Notes under the pieces: generated by a model
The model's database searches: none
What the model was told of the DNA's origin: nothing
What the model saw: the letters and a program-made list of their open reading frames with translations, nothing else
NCBI GenBank assembly: GCA_943350875.1
Contig: CALRAL010000004.1
Location: forward strand, 1-55,008
Source of the DNA: Candidatus Nomurabacteria bacterium
GTDB lineage: Bacteria > Patescibacteriota > Minisyncoccia > Phycocordibacterales > UBA9973
Direction: 5' to 3'
DNA length: 55,008 nt
Shown here: in pieces, positions 52,579 to 55,008 of the stretch
Position numbering within the stretch: the stretch's first letter is position 1
How the letters are laid out: each line of letters opens with the position of its first letter
Translations under genes and position numbers: made by a program

Positions 52579-52691
52579 AAAGTTAAAAATTTTGTTTTCT
52601 AGGGTACGGATTTTTTTAAGCTTAAAAAAATCCTGAAGTTTTCGCTCCGTCGAGCTCAAAACCCCCTAAAAACAAAATTTTTAACTTTCTA
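52576..52691 (+). repeat. Stop-codon-anchored hairpin element, copy 3 (about 28-bp arms with one bulge)
   Basis: Arms tagaaagttaaaaattttgttttctaggg (52576-52604) and ccctaaaaacaaaatttttaactttcta (52664-52691). The core shares hairpin 1 and the hairpin-2 variant with copy 2. Confidence 0.85.
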
Positions 52692-52713
52692 AATCACAAA
52701 TCTTGCTTACCTT

Positions 52714-52977
52714 ATGTCACATTTACTAGAATTTTATGGAACTGAATGCCCGTATTGTGTGCGGATGCATGAGCTCGTGGAAAGACTTGAGAAAGAAGAA
52801 GGAGTAAAAGTAGAAAGTCTTGAAGTCTGGCATAATAAAGAAAATGAAGCTCGTCTTCTAGAGCTCGACAAAGATCTCTGTGGAGGTGTGCCTTTCTTCT
52901 ATAATTTAAAAACAAAAAAATGGATTTGCGGAGAAGTAGATTACAGCGAATTCAAAGATTGGGCGAAAGGTAAATAA
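52714..52977 (+). CDS. Small thioredoxin-fold (glutaredoxin-like) protein
   Basis: CPYC redox motif near the N-terminus (FYGTECPYCVRM). 87 aa. GGVPFF is typical of the thioredoxin fold. Confidence 0.65.
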   Translation: MSHLLEFYGTECPYCVRMHELVERLEKEEGVKVESLEVWHNKENEARLLELDKDLCGGVPFFYNLKTKKWICGEVDYSEFKDWAKGK

Positions 52978-52996
52978 AAGCCGTTGAGTTTTGTGA

Positions 52997-53071
52997 TGGT
53001 GCCCTCAGTAGGAATCGAACCTACATCGCAACTTCCGCAAAGTTACGTCCTATCCATTGAACGATGAGGGC
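52997..53071 (-). tRNA. tRNA-Arg (anticodon GCG) with encoded CCA
   Basis: Hand-folded: GCCCTCA/TGAGGGC acceptor, GTTC..GGAC D stem, TAACT-ttGCGga-AGTTG anticodon arm, GTAGG-ttcgatt-CCTAC T arm, A-CCA end. Confidence 0.85.
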
Positions 53072-53138
53072 AAAGTACACTGATATTTAAAGACTAACAG
53101 TTTTTTACAAAAAATCAAAATTTTACTCCAAAAAGCAG

Positions 53139-53169
53139 AAAAGCGATTTCATAAAATGAAATCGCTTTT
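53139..53169. terminator. Perfect 14-bp hairpin with A/T-run flanks (bidirectional terminator-like)
   Basis: AAAAGCGATTTCAT-aaa-ATGAAATCGCTTTT. Confidence 0.6.
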
Positions 53170-53791
53170 GTTTTAGGTTTTACCTATTTAAAAACAGGTA
53201 GGGGAGAACCGTGTATTTTTTGAAATGTAAAAATACAAACAATATGTACTCCCGTACCATTACAGTAAACAAAGTTATCATTAATAGATGTGTAACATTT
53301 ACTGTAATTTGTGCCGTGACGCGTAAAATGAACAAAAAAATAAAAGGATATCAATTTTAGTAGTGTTGTTGTTGACAAATATAAGACCCAAGAAAGAATA
53401 TCAGCACCCTAAACACCTATTGAAAGATGAGACAACACTATTCAAACATTTATAAACAGTAGATTAAAATTGTCGATTCTGACTGTAATAATTTTTCTAC
53501 CCTTTTAAAAAACAGACCAGCAGAACTTTTCAATTAACTAATTCACAATTCATTCATTATTAAAGGATAAAGCCACGAGGCTCTCGATTTGAATTGTCCT
53601 GCTGGTAAAACTCCACATAGATCTTACCATTTACCTCTAAAATATGCAAGTTTTAGCGGACTTGACATTTAGGCTAAATAGGTGTATACTTATAGTAAGT
53701 AGGTGTTTTGCCTGCTATTAATTAACGTTCTAGCCTTATTTTATAAGGTTCAGAACAAATTCTTTGTCAAAAAAATATAGGAGACTTAACT

Positions 53792-55008
53792 ATGAAAAAC
53801 TCACGTTTTTCGACTCTATCTACTCGCTTGCATTCCTTCACTGGAATTGCATTAATTTGCTTATTCATTTTATTTTCAAACACTTCTTTCGCCCAAAATG
53901 GCAGTGGAGGAGGAGGGAATGGATATCCTTGGTACTGCGACACGATGGTCGCTGCATCTTATAATCGTATGACTATCGGTAAAACTGTCATGTCCCAAGG
54001 TGGATATGCAAAAATTCCGATTCGTATAGATATAAAACAAAAAATCAAGACTATTGATATGCAAATTTGGTTAAATAATTCTGATAACATTCGCATATCA
54101 AACAGTTTTGATTTTAGTTGGCATTATTTCTGTGACCCTTATCCAATTGTTGAACAGTGGAATAATGACGGCTTTTTGCATTTTGCATTGGTAGCGCAGG
54201 ATTCACTTTTTGGTTTCCTGGAAGGATATATAGAGATACAAGTTCAAAGTAATGCTCAAGCTGGTCAAAACTTCAGTATATTTGGGAATTGTAACTTCAA
54301 TGATAATATTTTTCCTGAAGTACAGAATGGGAATGCATTGGTATGGCATGCTGTTGATTATGGAAACATAACAGGAGGTGTACATAGTCCAATGGATGCT
54401 GCAAGAATTCTTGATTATGCTATTGATTCCAACGGTACTACCTCGGATACAACTGCGTTATTGATTATGGATGTGGATGGAAGTAAATCTTTCAGCCAAA
54501 ATCCAATAACAAGCTTTGATGCTAGGTTGGAATTGAAAAATGGTGTAGATCCGTACTTTTCATTTCCTGTTGAAACTGGATGTTGGAAATGTTATTGGTA
54601 TTTGTCCCCTCCAAGCACTAATACGGGAGATGGTAAAGTACTGATGACTCAAGTCAATACCGACGTACTTCTTTCTTTTACTGACGATTCAATCTTTAAC
54701 GGTGATTTTGTTTTAAAAATTCCGCCAGGTTCATATATAGAAACTGGTTCTGCTCTTTATGGAATATATAACAAAATGAAAATTGTTGGTGATAGTATTG
54801 TGTTTAAATTTTTTAACACACAACCATTGTCCAACGAACCGTTCCTAAAGATTGTAGGTGCAGTTGCATCTCAAGTTCATTTTAATGCAACTGTAAATCG
54901 TGGTGATAAAGTTGAAGCTGAAGTTGTCATGGGAGTTCAAAATGGTGCAAACACGGTACCAACCAAATTTGCATTATCTCAAAACTATCCAAACCCCTTC
55001 AATCCGAC
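53792..55008 (+). CDS. Secreted protein (3' partial, runs off the window) with cohesin/dockerin-like segments, ending in the start of a T9SS-type C-terminal sorting domain
   Basis: Hand-translated 405-codon open frame, absent from the track because no stop is reached. AGGAG lies 8 nt upstream of the ATG. Signal peptide FTGIALICLFILFSNTSFAQ. DVDGS... dockerin-like segment. The last residues FALSQNYPNPFNP match the Por_Secre_tail consensus start. Confidence 0.7.
   Translation, partial: MKNSRFSTLSTRLHSFTGIALICLFILFSNTSFAQNGSGGGGNGYPWYCDTMVAASYNRMTIGKTVMSQGGYAKIPIRIDIKQKIKTIDMQIWLNNSDNIRISNSFDFSWHYFCDPYPIVEQWNNDGFLHFALVAQDSLFGFLEGYIEIQVQSNAQAGQNFSIFGNCNFNDNIFPEVQNGNALVWHAVDYGNITGGVHSPMDAARILDYAIDSNGTTSDTTALLIMDVDGSKSFSQNPITSFDARLELKNGVDPYFSFPVETGCWKCYWYLSPPSTNTGDGKVLMTQVNTDVLLSFTDDSIFNGDFVLKIPPGSYIETGSALYGIYNKMKIVGDSIVFKFFNTQPLSNEPFLKIVGAVASQVHFNATVNRGDKVEAEVVMGVQNGANTVPTKFALSQNYPNPFNP

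Noticed and set aside
53072-53791. Integrase or prophage at the tRNA-Arg boundary
   Set aside because: No integrase, recombinase or phage-like ORF is present in the 720-bp gap or in the visible part of the downstream gene. No direct repeat of the tRNA 3' end was seen within the window. The island idea is therefore kept only as a hypothesis in the findings.
53764-53964. 66-aa plus-strand ORF from the track, and the minus-strand ORFs 53876-54064 and 54203-54385
   Set aside because: They overlap, out of frame or antisense, a 405-codon open frame (53792 to the window end) that has an SD motif, a signal peptide and a recognisable C-terminal motif.

Overview
By eye this is an AT-rich, tightly packed bacterial chromosome segment with very short intergenic gaps and mostly no Shine-Dalgarno motifs. 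The gene content and style look like an ultra-small Patescibacteria/CPR-type genome, but that assignment is inference, not a search result.

Main content:
(1) The replication-origin neighbourhood (jag-yidC-rnpA-rpmH on the minus strand, divergent from dnaA-dnaN), with perfect DnaA boxes in both flanking gaps.
(2) A dense set of DNA repair and recombination genes: pcrA, uvrB-uvrA-uvrC contiguous, mutM, ruvA, ruvB, ruvC and polA.
(3) A roughly 17 kb Gram-positive-type type IV secretion-like locus (8.4-25.4 kb). It has a VirB6/TrbL-like polytopic protein, a PrgI/VirB3-like protein, a VirB4 split into an N-domain ORF and an ATPase ORF, a T4SS-pilin-like protein fused to a putative LAS/M15 peptidase, and several large secreted proteins. 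No relaxase or coupling protein is visible.
(4) Three toxin-antitoxin pairs (MntA/HepT, BrnT/BrnA, HicA/HicB) and an ORF6N gene.
(5) Two tRNAs, Lys-UUU and Arg-GCG.

Unexplained structure worth a second look:
(a) Several families of short GC-rich palindromic elements lie in frame inside essential genes (pcrA, rsmA, tsaE, polA, uvrA/B/C, mutM, rnpA). This resembles Rickettsia palindromic elements.
(b) A conserved ~67-nt two-hairpin core occurs in three near-identical copies plus one divergent relative. Each copy is clamped by a locus-specific, perfect or near-perfect 18-28 bp inverted repeat that starts at the stop codon of the co-oriented upstream gene.
(c) The BrnTA cassette is inserted exactly at an overlapping gene junction of the T4SS-like operon, with a 39-bp direct duplication that keeps both flanking genes intact.
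(d) Beyond tRNA-Arg, the compact style changes to 720 bp of non-coding DNA. It is followed by an SD-preceded gene whose product runs into a T9SS-type C-terminal sorting motif (QNYPNPFNP). That is unexpected for this kind of genome and suggests an island or an assembly junction.

No rRNA genes, CRISPR arrays, transposases or integrases were recognised.
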